Notes: generated by a model from the letters alone, not told the origin. A stretch of 64,000 bases of DNA from an uncultured Anaerolinea sp. (GCA_964422545.1 CAYRBO010000016.1:15794-79793), one strand, 5' to 3'; positions 33,342 through 43,655 are shown, counted from the first letter of the stretch. Translations and numbers: made by a program.

Positions 33342-33863
33342 CTATAGCCGGTCACCCTCCCCCAGCATAACCCGGTCGGAGCCGCGTGCAATTTCCCAGG
33401 GATAGATGACGCGCGCGTCGGTCACATCGGCGAAGTAGTCGGGGCGGGCCGAGCCGAACAGGCTGCGGTAGGGGTTGAAGTGCAACACGCAGGTTTCAGG
33501 AAAGCCGCCCGCCGCCGAAACACGGTTCTTGACGGCGGTAATCGTCCGCCCGGAGCCCCACACGTCATCCACAATCAGAGTGGCGCGCCCGGTCAGTTTG
33601 TCCTCGGCCGGGAACTGGATGAATTGCGGCCAGGCCATCAGTTTTTGGTCGCGGCTGGCCTCGAAGGGGAAGTCGACGGCGGCGGTCAGGACGTGGGTGA
33701 TTCCCATCGCTTCGGCCAGCAGCCCGCCGGGGATGATGCCTCCGCGCGTAATGAGAACCATCGCTTCGAATTCGCGTTTGAATTGGGGGACGAGTTTGTC
33801 GATGAGACGGTCGACATCGTCCCAGGAGAGGAACAGGCGGCGGGGGGCGGGGGAAGGCTGCAT
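33342..33863 (-). CDS. Type I phosphoribosyltransferase (xanthine-guanine PRTase-like)
   Basis: PRPP-binding motif LIVDDVWGSGRT and a Gpt-like N-terminus (LSWDDVDRLIDKL). Confidence 0.6.
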   Translation of the reverse strand: MQPSPAPRRLFLSWDDVDRLIDKLVPQFKREFEAMVLITRGGIIPGGLLAEAMGITHVLTAAVDFPFEASRDQKLMAWPQFIQFPAEDKLTGRATLIVDDVWGSGRTITAVKNRVSAAGGFPETCVLHFNPYRSLFGSARPDYFADVTDARVIYPWEIARGSDRVMLGEGDRL

Positions 33864-33864
33864 G

Positions 33865-34752
33865 TCAGTTTCCTAAAACGGCGGCCAGCGGGGCCGGGGC
33901 GGGAATGTTGGCGGACTGCCCGGCGCGTTCGACATCGCGCGCCCACAGGTACAGGCAGGTGTGATACGCGGTAGCAGTATACGATGAAATCACGCTGGCG
34001 GCCATGAAAAAGAGCGAGGCGGCCAGCACGCCCAAGAAAACGGCAGCAACTATCAGCCAGGTCGCGTTGGCGGCGAGGTTGATGAGGGGCAGGGCAATCC
34101 CAAATCCGACGACCAGGCCAATCGCCACGAAAACGAATCCAATCAAACCGGTGACAAAGCGCACCCCGACCGTGCTGATGCCGACCAGCAGCAGGTTATT
34201 CTTGACGATGTAGGTGGCGCGCTTGAGGCCGTCTTTAAGATTGACATCTTCGATGACCATAATGGGCAGGACGAGGTAGGTGGCTTCGGTCCAGAGCGTG
34301 TCGATGAGATTGGCGATGGCGCGGCGGATGCCGCTGCTGTTGCGGCCCCGGCCCTGCACCATGTTTTTGACCACGTTGACCAGCGTGGAAGCCGCCGCCA
34401 GCGAGAGGATGTCGAGCCAGTCGCGCCGGACGACCGCCCAGGCTTTATCCATGCGCCCGTCTCCCTCAGAGAGGTAGCCGAAAATCAGGTAGATGGTCAT
34501 GGCCGAGAATATGTAGGTGACGGAGTATTGCGCAAAAGCCAGCAGCGCGCCAAATATCCCCAGCACCACCCGCCCGAACAGCGATTCGGTGCCGAGCAGC
34601 AACGCGGCGGCGATGATGGGAACCGCGCCAATGACGGAGACGATGAAGCCAACGAATAAGGCGTAGATGGATGGTTGGATTAAGTCTTTGTCGGCCAGGG
34701 CCATTTTCCAGGCCTGGGTGAGGAAGTTCCAACCGCGGGTGAAGGATTGCAT
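33865..34752 (-). CDS. Polytopic membrane protein, function unknown
   Basis: Six or more hydrophobic segments, no recognised motifs. Start overlaps the downstream gene. Confidence 0.45.
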   Translation of the reverse strand: MQSFTRGWNFLTQAWKMALADKDLIQPSIYALFVGFIVSVIGAVPIIAAALLLGTESLFGRVVLGIFGALLAFAQYSVTYIFSAMTIYLIFGYLSEGDGRMDKAWAVVRRDWLDILSLAAASTLVNVVKNMVQGRGRNSSGIRRAIANLIDTLWTEATYLVLPIMVIEDVNLKDGLKRATYIVKNNLLLVGISTVGVRFVTGLIGFVFVAIGLVVGFGIALPLINLAANATWLIVAAVFLGVLAASLFFMAASVISSYTATAYHTCLYLWARDVERAGQSANIPAPAPLAAVLGN

Positions 34753-34760
34753 GACAGCTC

Positions 34761-35849
34761 CTAGTTTCCAAAATTATACTGCGTCGCCTGGGTGGTGACA
34801 TCGACCGGCTCAATTGAGACCAGTTTTTTTGTGCGCGGCAGGTAGTAAATGCGATAGTCGATGCCTTCGAGCAGGGCGGCGTAGGCCTGGCGGCTGACCT
34901 GGAAACTCTTGCCGTCGATGACGTAGTAGTAACGGGTCGAGCGGTTTTTGCCGCCGCTGGTGCGTTTTTCCTTGCGGCCAGGCCCCTGCGCCTGCTCGAT
35001 GGAGGAAACCGACATATCCAGCAGGCCGTTCAGGAACATCCAGCCGCCGACCAGCGCAAAAATTCCCAAGACCAGGGCCGGGATGAGCAGGGCAGGCAGG
35101 GCCTCGCCAGAATCAACATTCGGATATATCTGAAAGAAGAATAAGCCGCCAAAAACCAGCGCCATCAGGCCAAAAATGGCTCCAAAAATCACCCCTCCCA
35201 GCGGTTTCATGCGTTGGGCCGGGGTCACCTCGCCGTTGCGGTTGCTCGTCAGGTCGTCAAGGGTGAATCCGTTGGCCTGCGCCAGGATTTCGGTCAGCGC
35301 CGCGCGCACCTGGGCCGGGCTGGCCGGGAAGATTTCCTCGGCAGAGAGCACGAATCCGCTCTCTTCGAGGTAAAAGACACGGTAGGTTGCGCCGGGCAAC
35401 AATCCGCCAGTATGTGCGGTGGAAGGCAGCGCTAAGCGGCGTTCCCCAGCCTGAAAGGAGTAGCCGTTTTTATCAAAAGCCACCTGTCCCTGCGCCTGGC
35501 GAATGGCGCGATTCTCGCGGTCGCGTTTGAGTTTGAGGGCGTTGGCGAACAACTGCCACAGGCGCGGGACGAAGGTCGCCACCAGAACCACCAAAATCAC
35601 CCCCAAAAACAGGAAGGGGATGAGGAAATCATCGCCAACCCCGGTCAGGGTAAAAACCGTACCGAACAAGACCAGGAAAGCCAGAATGGGAATGAATACC
35701 AACACAATTCCGCAGCCGCTGCCCAAGCCCAACGCCAAATTGAGGCGTTGGTTTTGGGCTTCGGTCATTTCTCCCATGCGGTTGGCGGCCAGGCCTTGCG
35801 GGTCGAGCAAGTTCATATCGCCGCCCAGGGTGGTGAAAAGGGTTTGCAT
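34761..35849 (-). CDS. Membrane protein, function unknown
   Basis: Start MQTLFTT at 35849 with an AGGAGAA RBS. Several TM helices flanking a soluble middle domain. Confidence 0.45.
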   Translation of the reverse strand: MQTLFTTLGGDMNLLDPQGLAANRMGEMTEAQNQRLNLALGLGSGCGIVLVFIPILAFLVLFGTVFTLTGVGDDFLIPFLFLGVILVVLVATFVPRLWQLFANALKLKRDRENRAIRQAQGQVAFDKNGYSFQAGERRLALPSTAHTGGLLPGATYRVFYLEESGFVLSAEEIFPASPAQVRAALTEILAQANGFTLDDLTSNRNGEVTPAQRMKPLGGVIFGAIFGLMALVFGGLFFFQIYPNVDSGEALPALLIPALVLGIFALVGGWMFLNGLLDMSVSSIEQAQGPGRKEKRTSGGKNRSTRYYYVIDGKSFQVSRQAYAALLEGIDYRIYYLPRTKKLVSIEPVDVTTQATQYNFGN

Positions 35850-35871
35850 GGCGTTCTCCTGAATGAAAAGA

Positions 35872-38481
35872 TTATAGCAAACTATGGGGTTCCACTTCAA
35901 CACGCCAGCCATTCAGGCCAGCCAGGTTCGGCAACAGTGAGACCGGCTCAGGCCCGCGCAGAATGACCTGCCAGCGGAAAATGTCATTGACGCGGGCAAA
36001 AAAACAGGGCGCGGGGCCAATCAGGTCGGTCTGGGTGCGTTTTTCGGTTTCGATGAGGGCTTTCAATCTCTGGGCCAGGGCACGTGCTTCGTCTTCGGCT
36101 TTGACCGGGTCGCGGTGGCGATATTCGAGCCGGAGCAAGCGCGAAAACGGCGGGTAGCGCAGCAAGCGGCGATTCTCGATTTCCATGCGGTAAAACCCGG
36201 CATAGTCGTGTCCTGCCGCCGCTCGGATGACCGGATGCTCGGGCATGAAAGTCTGCATGACGACCTTGCCGCCACGCGCCGAACGTCCCGCCCGCCCGGC
36301 GACCTGCGTCAGCAGTTGGAAGGCGCGCTCCCCGGCAAACGGGTCGGGCAGGTTCAGGCCCACATCGGCCAGCACAATCCCGACCAGCGTCACGAGCGGC
36401 AAATCGAGCCCTTTGGCGAGCATTTGCGTCCCGACCAGGATGTCAGCCTGGTGATTGGCGAAGTGCGTGAGGATGATTTCGTGGGCGTCTTTTTCGCGGG
36501 TGGTCTCCCAATCCCAGCGCAGGACGCGCGCCGATGGAAACATGGCCGCCACATCCGTTTCCACTTTTTCGCTGCCCAGCCCATAGGCGCGAATGTTCTT
36601 CCCGCCGCAGGCCGGGCAGGTCTGCGGCATTTTCCGGGAATAGCCACAGCGGTGACAAATCAGGCGGTTAACCGAAGAACCGGAAAACTGGTGAAGATGA
36701 TGCGTCAACGGCGTTTCGCAGTGCGGGCATTTGAGGACATGCCCACAATCGCGGCAGAAAACGTAGGTGGCCGTGCCGCGCCGGTTCAGGTATAAAATCG
36801 CCTGTTCACCGCGCTCAAGCACCTCGGCAATCGATTCAGAGAGTTCGCGGCTAAAAATGCCCCGGTTGCCCGACTTGAGTTCCTCGCGCATATCGACGAT
36901 GGATATGGGAGGCAGTCCACCCTCCAGGCTATCTGTTACCCCAAGATTGGCTGCGCGCTCCTTGAGTTCCAGCAGGCGCATTCCCCCACCCCTCACCCCC
37001 GGCCCCTCTCCCAGGGGGAGAGGGGAGATAGCACGGTATCTCGTTTCGACGGGCGGGGTGGCGCTGCCCAGCACCGTTACTGCGCCGCAGATTTTCCCAT
37101 AGATTTCCGCTGCCCGGACGGCAGAGTAAAACGGCGGCTCGGACTGGTAGTAGGAACTGTCGTGACACTCATCGACCACAATCAGCCCGACATCCGGCAG
37201 GGGCGTGAACAGAGCCGAGCGCGGCCCAATGACCAGTTTGAGTAACCCGGCCCGGGCGCGCCGCCAGGTATCGTAGCGCTCGCCATCCGACAGGCGTGAA
37301 TGCACCAGCCCGACCTGGCCGGGAAAACGGTCGAGGAAGCGGCGCACGGTTTGGGGCGTGAGGGCAATCTCTGGGACAAGGACAATCACCCCCCTCCCGC
37401 GCCGAATCGACTCGGCGGCAGCCCGCAGGTAGAGTTCGGTCTTGCCAGAACCGGTGATGCCGTGCAGGAGGAAGCCGGGATTCGTTACTCGATATTCGTT
37501 AGTCGATATTGGATGTTCGATATTCGAGGTTCGAGTATTCGAATATTCGAGGGTCGAGGGTCGAGAGTCAAAGGCGTTGAGAATTTCTTGCAAAGCCGAT
37601 TCCTGCTCGCCGGTGAGAATCACGTTTCGATTCCCAACTCCCAATTCCCGGTTGCCCAATTTGCCCAGCGGGTCGCGCCAGATTTCGCTCTCGAACAGGC
37701 GAATCAGGCCGCGTTCCTCCAACTCCTGCAAATCGGCCAGGGTGCAGCCCGATTGGGCATAGACCCAGGTAACGGCCACCGCGTCTGGCTCGTGGATGAG
37801 GAAGCGCAAGGCGGCGCCGCGCCGCGCGAGCGTATCGGCGGTTTTGCCCAGGTTGGGCAATTCCGCTTCGGCAATTTCGGGCGGAACGGCCAGCTGCGCC
37901 ATGCGGACGTATTTGGGGCGCACCGAGGGCGGCGGCAGGACGGCCTGTTTGCCCAACACCCCGCGCTTGACCAGGACCTCGGCGGTTTTACGCCACTCGA
38001 CGGGGCCAAAATGCCGGTCAATTTGCCGCCCGCGCAAGGGGTTGCGCTGCACGAACAGGTCGAGCAGGCGTTTTTCGACCTTGCCATCTGCCGTAGCCGG
38101 GGCGCGCAGGAGCGTGTAGAGCGTATCGGCCTGCTGGCTCAGACCGGTCGGCAAGAACAGGTTGATAACCGCCGAAAGCGGATTCAGGGTGGCTTGGGCC
38201 AGTTGGCGGGCAAAGGCCAGCTGCGGCCCGGTCAGCACCGGCTGGGGGTCGAGGATATTCAGAACCGGTTTCGGATTCGGCACCGAGGCCGAATCCATCA
38301 AGTCGAACACCACCCCCTGAACGGTCTGCGTCCCAAACGGCACGCTGACCAACTGCCCCGGGCCGACGGCCATCCCGGTTGGCAGGACGTAATCGAATTC
38401 GCCGGAAACAGCGGGCAGGTTGACGGCAACACGGGCAAAAGCCATGCGGCCATTATACGGCGATTTTCGCCAATCATCCAA
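35872..38481 (-). CDS. priA: Primosomal protein N' (replication restart helicase PriA), with two in-frame repeat insertions
   Basis: Walker A GITGSGKTE, DECHDSSY, helicase C motifs, Cys4 zinc finger (CRDCGHVLKCPHC...CHRCG). Inserts encoded by the palindromic element at 36980-37035 and the AT-rich palindromic repeat at 37480-37570. Confidence 0.8.
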   Translation of the reverse strand: MDDWRKSPYNGRMAFARVAVNLPAVSGEFDYVLPTGMAVGPGQLVSVPFGTQTVQGVVFDLMDSASVPNPKPVLNILDPQPVLTGPQLAFARQLAQATLNPLSAVINLFLPTGLSQQADTLYTLLRAPATADGKVEKRLLDLFVQRNPLRGRQIDRHFGPVEWRKTAEVLVKRGVLGKQAVLPPPSVRPKYVRMAQLAVPPEIAEAELPNLGKTADTLARRGAALRFLIHEPDAVAVTWVYAQSGCTLADLQELEERGLIRLFESEIWRDPLGKLGNRELGVGNRNVILTGEQESALQEILNAFDSRPSTLEYSNTRTSNIEHPISTNEYRVTNPGFLLHGITGSGKTELYLRAAAESIRRGRGVIVLVPEIALTPQTVRRFLDRFPGQVGLVHSRLSDGERYDTWRRARAGLLKLVIGPRSALFTPLPDVGLIVVDECHDSSYYQSEPPFYSAVRAAEIYGKICGAVTVLGSATPPVETRYRAISPLPLGEGPGVRGGGMRLLELKERAANLGVTDSLEGGLPPISIVDMREELKSGNRGIFSRELSESIAEVLERGEQAILYLNRRGTATYVFCRDCGHVLKCPHCETPLTHHLHQFSGSSVNRLICHRCGYSRKMPQTCPACGGKNIRAYGLGSEKVETDVAAMFPSARVLRWDWETTREKDAHEIILTHFANHQADILVGTQMLAKGLDLPLVTLVGIVLADVGLNLPDPFAGERAFQLLTQVAGRAGRSARGGKVVMQTFMPEHPVIRAAAGHDYAGFYRMEIENRRLLRYPPFSRLLRLEYRHRDPVKAEDEARALAQRLKALIETEKRTQTDLIGPAPCFFARVNDIFRWQVILRGPEPVSLLPNLAGLNGWRVEVEPHSLL
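36980..37035. repeat. Palindromic mini-element (same family as 26910-26990) inserted in frame in priA
   Basis: cccccacccctcacccccggcccctctcccagggggagaggggagata, translated as SPLPLGEGPGVRGGG. Confidence 0.6.
37480..37570. repeat. AT-rich degenerate tandem repeat built on the palindrome TCGAATATTCGA, in frame in priA
   Basis: cgatattcgttagtcgatattggatgttcgatattcgaggttcgagtattcgaatattcgagggtcgagggtcgag encodes ..TRTSNIEHPISTNEYRVTN.. just upstream of the Walker A motif. Confidence 0.5.
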
Positions 38482-38555
38482 AAGATGGATAAACAGGCCG
38501 TCAATACATGCTATACTAGGTAAAGATTGTCAATTTAAGTTACACTACAGGCGGT

Positions 38556-41237
38556 TTGAGAATGGAAAACCTGACAGGCAGGCAGTTCGGCCCATACCAA
38601 ATTGTGGCCCCGCTGGGCGAGGGGGGCATGGCAGCAGTTTACAAAGCCTACCAGCCCTCTATGGAGCGGCATGTGGCGCTCAAGGTGTTGCCGCGCCAGA
38701 TGGCGGAATCGGAGGAATTCATTGCCCGCTTCAAACGCGAGGCGCGGCTGCTGGCGCAGTTGCAGCACCCGCACATTTTGCCGGTTTTCGATTACGGCGA
38801 GGCAGAGGGATTCACGTACATTGTGATGCCCTATGTGCAGAGCGGCACCCTGGCCGACCTGCTCAAGGCGCGGCGCGTCAATTATTCTGAAATTCGGCGC
38901 ATTATTACACAAATTGCCGATGCGCTCGGTTACGCTCACGCACGCGGCATGATTCACCGCGATGTGAAACCCAGCAACGTGCTGATTGATGAGCGCGGCA
39001 ACTGCCTGCTGACCGATTTCGGCCTGGCGCGCATGTCTGAGGCGACCTCCATGCTGACTTCGTCCGGGGCGATTATGGGGACGCCAGCCTATATGTCGCC
39101 CGAACAAGGCACCGGCGGGGTAGTGGACGGGCGCAGTGACATCTACTCGCTGGGGGTCATTCTGTACGAGATGGTGACGGGGCGCGTGCCGTATTCTGCC
39201 GAAACGCCGATTGCGATTGTGTTCAAGCACATCCAGGACCCCTTGCCCCCGGCGCGGAATTTTGCGCCCGATTTGCCCGAAGCCCTGGAGATGGTGCTGC
39301 TGAAATCACTCGCCAAGCGCCCCGAAGACCGTTACCAGACAACCGACGAGTTCATCCACGCCATCCAAGAAGCGATTCCATTCACTTCCGCGGTCACCCC
39401 CGCGCTGGCTTCGTCCCCGGCCCCGGCCTTACCACCCTATTCCGCGCCGCCTTCGCCCAATTCCAACCTGCCGACCATGCTGGAGCCGGTCTCGAAGCCG
39501 CCCTCCCGTCCGCCTTCTACGCCGCCAGTTGCGGCCCCGGCCAGTTACACGCCGCCTGCCCAGCCCTCGTATAAGTCAATTTCTCAATCACAAGTCCAGC
39601 CTGCGCGAAAAGGACTTCCCGTTTGGGCAATGGCCGGGGCCGGGGTTATGGGTCTTGGCCTGGCCGGAATTGTGGTGATTGCGCTGGCAATTAACCTTAT
39701 CAGGAACAATTTGGCCGCGCCTGTTCCAACCGCCCTTTCAACGGCAACGCCGCCTGCGGCGGCCACAACCGCGCCTGAAGTTGTCGCGCCGACCGATTCC
39801 GCGCCGGCCGCAGCCCTGGAAATCTTGCCCGGCGAGTATTTCAATGATGATTTCGAGAATCAACTGGCCGAGGGCTGGTGGTGGGAAGCAGAAGACCCGT
39901 CGAGATGGAGCCTGAGCAGTGCGCCGGGCGCGCTCCAAATCATTGCATCGGGAACCAGTTTTAGCGTTGACGGCATTCCCACCAACCTGTTGCTGCGCAA
40001 GGCCCCCAGCGGGGATTTCGAAATCAGCACCTTGTTGCGCTTCTCGCCGCAAGTGAACTACCAATTCGCCGGGCTGGTCGTGCTCCAGGATAAAGGCAAC
40101 GCTCTACAATTTGGGCGCGGCTATTGCAATTCGCCCGATATTTGCGTTGGAGATGGGCTTTACTTCGATAATTGGGGAATTTCAGATATTGCCAATAACA
40201 CGCTCGCCACGAAAATCTGGGGAGAACAGATTTATCTGCGCCTAAAAAAAGCGGGTAACATTTATTCAGCCTTCTATAGTAGCGATGGGTATGCCTGGAC
40301 GTTTCTTGGAGAACACGAACGTGAACTTTTAAACATCCAGGTAGGAGTAACAGCCGCGCAATCCCCGACCAACATCCCGGCCAATTTCGATTTCTTCTCT
40401 CTGTCGGAACCGCCCCGCGCGGTCGTCCGCCAGGAAATCGAATGCTTTTCCGCGCCCGATATGGGCAGCGATATTCGGGGAGTCTTCCAGGTGGGCGAGA
40501 CTGTTTCACTTCAGGGCCGCAGCGCAGATTCCGAGTGGCTGGTCTCGCACGCTGTAAGCAGCCCCCAAGATTTATGCTGGATTCATTTTTCGGTAAACAA
40601 CCGGGCGGAGATTGCAGAATCCCTTCCGGTCATCGACCCAAATCAAAAAACGGACTCGCTGCCCGAACCGCCGCCGCTAGTCATCCCGCCGGGGCAAAAG
40701 TTCGCGCGCATCAACAACATCACCATCAACGCCCAAAACCAATACGTTGTGGAGTATGAGACATTTGAGTACACGGAAACCCTGCCCGGTACGCACGTCC
40801 ACTTTTTCTTCAACACCGTGCCATTCGACCAGGCCGGGTCGCCCGGCAAGGGACCCTGGAAGGTATATGGCGGCCCGCGACCGTTCACCGGCTACCTGAC
40901 ATCCAACCGCCCCCAAAACGCATCGCAATTGTGCGCGCTGGTGGCAAACCCCAACCATAGCGTGATTCCCAACAGCGGACATTGCTTCCCGCTGCCCGAT
41001 GTGCCGACCGCAACGGCGCGGGTCGAGACGGCCTGCCGAAATACCCCATCAGAAAGTGGAACGACCCTGGCCGTTTTCCAGGCCGGGGTAACCGTCCTGC
41101 TCAAGGGCGTCTCCAGCGACCAGGGCTGGCTCTCCATCCAAAACCCGGACAATCTAGACGCATCGGCTTGTTGGGTTCCTTTCTCATCCAGTGTGCTGAG
41201 CGGTGACCTGGGGAACGTGCCAACCATTACCCCATAA
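38556..41237 (+). CDS. Ser/Thr protein kinase with TM helix and large extracellular beta-sandwich (ConA-like/DUF1349-like) domain
   Basis: Hanks kinase motifs HRDVKPSNVLID, DFG, SPE. Pro-rich linker, TM at ~aa 350. The C-terminal ~500 aa are an extracellular globular region. Confidence 0.8.
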   Translation: MRMENLTGRQFGPYQIVAPLGEGGMAAVYKAYQPSMERHVALKVLPRQMAESEEFIARFKREARLLAQLQHPHILPVFDYGEAEGFTYIVMPYVQSGTLADLLKARRVNYSEIRRIITQIADALGYAHARGMIHRDVKPSNVLIDERGNCLLTDFGLARMSEATSMLTSSGAIMGTPAYMSPEQGTGGVVDGRSDIYSLGVILYEMVTGRVPYSAETPIAIVFKHIQDPLPPARNFAPDLPEALEMVLLKSLAKRPEDRYQTTDEFIHAIQEAIPFTSAVTPALASSPAPALPPYSAPPSPNSNLPTMLEPVSKPPSRPPSTPPVAAPASYTPPAQPSYKSISQSQVQPARKGLPVWAMAGAGVMGLGLAGIVVIALAINLIRNNLAAPVPTALSTATPPAAATTAPEVVAPTDSAPAAALEILPGEYFNDDFENQLAEGWWWEAEDPSRWSLSSAPGALQIIASGTSFSVDGIPTNLLLRKAPSGDFEISTLLRFSPQVNYQFAGLVVLQDKGNALQFGRGYCNSPDICVGDGLYFDNWGISDIANNTLATKIWGEQIYLRLKKAGNIYSAFYSSDGYAWTFLGEHERELLNIQVGVTAAQSPTNIPANFDFFSLSEPPRAVVRQEIECFSAPDMGSDIRGVFQVGETVSLQGRSADSEWLVSHAVSSPQDLCWIHFSVNNRAEIAESLPVIDPNQKTDSLPEPPPLVIPPGQKFARINNITINAQNQYVVEYETFEYTETLPGTHVHFFFNTVPFDQAGSPGKGPWKVYGGPRPFTGYLTSNRPQNASQLCALVANPNHSVIPNSGHCFPLPDVPTATARVETACRNTPSESGTTLAVFQAGVTVLLKGVSSDQGWLSIQNPDNLDASACWVPFSSSVLSGDLGNVPTITP

Positions 41238-41240
41238 ACA

Positions 41241-41290
41241 AAGACTGTCCCGAAGGTTTTCTCGATCGCCTTCGAGACAGTCTTTTTCTT
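41241..41290 (+). terminator. Intrinsic terminator after the kinase gene
   Basis: aagactgtcccgaagg...ccttcgagacagtctttttcttatttt: GC stem plus T-run. Confidence 0.6.
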
Positions 41291-41556
41291 ATTTTGCCCT
41301 GCACAACGCGCGCACGGGGTCGAACATGGAAGCCGGGCCGTTGCCCAGCCAATCGTGTTGAACCTTGCCACTCGAATCAACCAGGATATAGCGGGGAAAT
41401 AGAATTGACGTTGTATTTGCGCTCCAAATCGTCACTGGATGGCAAATCAACTGGGAAACAATGCAATTTGTCATCAATTCGGAGATACAATGTCACGCCA
41501 AACCCATGTGTATCGACATTGAAATGACATCCAAAGCGCGCTATGCTCAATTTACC

Positions 41557-42153
41557 ATGAAGCGCGCGATTGTTTCGATGATGGTTTTCTTCCTCCTGGC
41601 TGGCTGCGCGGCGGCGAGTCCCGCTCTCACCCTGCCCGGAACACCATGCGGACTGCCGCCGATCGTCATCCCCACCCCATTGGCAGTCACGCCCGGTCCG
41701 GCGGAACTCGACCGCAGCACCGGGCTGCACGTCACCGGAAAGGCACAGGTTATCGACCTGGATTCTTACCAGTTGGAAGTCACCGGGCTGGTAGAACGCC
41801 CGCTCTCGCTGAGATATGACGACTTGCGCTGCCTGCCTAAAATCGAAGTTCAAACCACCATTGTCTGCAAGGGCAATTTCGACGATACTGCCGTGTGGGC
41901 CGGGGTGACAATCAAAACCATCCTGGAACTGGCCGGGGTCAAACCCGAAGCAAAGGAAATCCTCTTATTCGGAGCGGATGAATATATCATCAGCGTAGAT
42001 ATAGAACATGCGCTGTCGGGAACGAGTTTCCTGGCCTATGAACTGCGCGGGAAGCCGGTTCCCATCCTGCACGGCTTCCCGGTGCGGGCAGCCTTCCCTG
42101 GGCAGCCAGGCTTCTATTGGGTCAAGTGGCTGGTCAAAATCGAGGTGAAATAA
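41557..42153 (+). CDS. Lipoprotein with molybdopterin-binding oxidoreductase (sulfite-oxidase-family) domain
   Basis: Start MKRAIVSMMVFFLLAGC (lipobox). TIVCKGNF (putative Moco Cys) and the C-terminal HGFPVRAAFPGQPGFYWVKWLVKIEV block typical of Oxidored_molyb domains. Terminator hairpin at 42159-42192. Confidence 0.6.
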   Translation: MKRAIVSMMVFFLLAGCAAASPALTLPGTPCGLPPIVIPTPLAVTPGPAELDRSTGLHVTGKAQVIDLDSYQLEVTGLVERPLSLRYDDLRCLPKIEVQTTIVCKGNFDDTAVWAGVTIKTILELAGVKPEAKEILLFGADEYIISVDIEHALSGTSFLAYELRGKPVPILHGFPVRAAFPGQPGFYWVKWLVKIEVK

Positions 42154-42206
42154 ATCAAAACATCCCGCTCCTTTTCGGGCGGGATGTTTGTTGGATGATC
42201 GAAATT

Positions 42207-43655
42207 TTAGGGCATCGGGTTGCTGGCCGCCCAGTCGGGGCCGAGGATGATTTCGATATCGGCAGCCGCGTCGGGGTTGTAATCGCTTTGGATTTGAATC
42301 GCTGCGTTGAGCCGAAAGAGCTCTTTGAAATAGGTCAGCGCATAGGGCCGTCCGCGGCGGTCGACGACGATAGTCGCGCCGGGGAAGGTAGATGCGCTGT
42401 CGACAATCACCACGTTGAAGCCAAGCGACTTTAGATAATCAGCGGTCTTTTGCGCGAGGCCAGCGGTATACGTCCCGTTATAGACGGCAACTGTCGCAGC
42501 CTCCTGCCGGGCCAGGTCTAGCGAATCGGCGCCTTGAGCCATCGGGCTGATTGCGCCCGATGCAGTGAAGATTTCATCGCGCAGTTCACGGATTTTATCG
42601 GGGATGGGTTTATAGACCGCCTGGTTTTGCCCATTCACGACAACGTTATAGGGCAGCATCATGGTGAAGTCAATGACACCTTTTTTGATATTTTCTTCAG
42701 GAACATCCTTCGCCAACATGCCTAGCCGCATAATTTGGTCAAATGTCAGATTGGTGTTCACGCCATCTTGAATATTGGCGTAAATTTCAGGAGCCTTGAT
42801 GAGAAGAGATGGAAAAATTTCAGGGTCCAATACGCGCTCCCGAATACCCATAATTACCTGCTGTTGGCGCATCGCACGGTCAACATCACCACCATCCGTA
42901 TAGCGGTTACGCGCGTAAGCCAGCGCTTCTACGCCACCGAGCATGTGCAAACCTCGCCGAAGAAAAATCTCATCGGCCCCTGGCCCTATCGGATCGATGT
43001 ATATGTTCTTCGGAACAAAGACTGGTATCTTGTCCAGTTGGTCAATCAGGTGAACAAAAGCCGCAAATTCGACTTGAGCGTAGTACTGAACCGGCACGCC
43101 GATAACCTGCTCAACCGTTTTCATGGCGAGAGCCGGGCCGCCGCCCGGAAGTTTGGCGGCATCACCGTTCATGTAAGCGGTGTTGATACGACCATACCCA
43201 AAGCCTGGAATGTTCACCCACAAATCTCGGGGAATGGAGAGAATCCCGGCGGTGCGTGATTGCGGGTCGAGCGTAAGCAGAATCATGGTATCGGAGCGCG
43301 CCGGGCCTGAACGGTCGGCGGAACCGTCGTAAGAATCGAGGCCCAATAACAGTACATTGACCCGGCTGGCGCCATCCCAGGCAGGCGGCAGGTCGACATC
43401 TGGAATAGCAGGGGCAGGCGTAGGCAAATTAGGAACTTCACCCCCTGTTTCAGGTGTTGCTTTTTCAGACTGGGCAAAAATTGGATTAGAGACGCCGCCG
43501 CTACACCCGGTAAGGGCTATCCCCGGCAGGGGAGAAAGACACCAGCTTATGACGATATTACGCGCAAGAAAAAACGTTCCGGCAAAGAGCGCAATGCTGA
43601 CGATGCCAAGGAGCAGCCATTTGATGATGGATAGTTTATTCAGATTTGTCTTCAT
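42207..43655 (-). CDS. LytR-CpsA-Psr (LCP) family cell-envelope phosphotransferase with C-terminal LytR_C-like domain
   Basis: N-terminal TM anchor, LCP core (..RSDTMILLTLDPQS..., ILSIPRDLWVNIPG...), C-terminal ~90-aa LytR_C-like region. Confidence 0.7.
   Translation of the reverse strand: MKTNLNKLSIIKWLLLGIVSIALFAGTFFLARNIVISWCLSPLPGIALTGCSGGVSNPIFAQSEKATPETGGEVPNLPTPAPAIPDVDLPPAWDGASRVNVLLLGLDSYDGSADRSGPARSDTMILLTLDPQSRTAGILSIPRDLWVNIPGFGYGRINTAYMNGDAAKLPGGGPALAMKTVEQVIGVPVQYYAQVEFAAFVHLIDQLDKIPVFVPKNIYIDPIGPGADEIFLRRGLHMLGGVEALAYARNRYTDGGDVDRAMRQQQVIMGIRERVLDPEIFPSLLIKAPEIYANIQDGVNTNLTFDQIMRLGMLAKDVPEENIKKGVIDFTMMLPYNVVVNGQNQAVYKPIPDKIRELRDEIFTASGAISPMAQGADSLDLARQEAATVAVYNGTYTAGLAQKTADYLKSLGFNVVIVDSASTFPGATIVVDRRGRPYALTYFKELFRLNAAIQIQSDYNPDAAADIEIILGPDWAASNPMP

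Noticed and set aside
37300-38523. 407-aa plus-strand ORF opposite priA
   Set aside because: Antisense shadow of priA.
41289-41477. 62-aa ORF with a thioredoxin/redoxin-like C-terminal flavour (YILVDSSGKVQHDW)
   Set aside because: Too short and lacks a CxxC motif. At best a gene remnant between the kinase terminator and the Moco lipoprotein; not reported as a feature.
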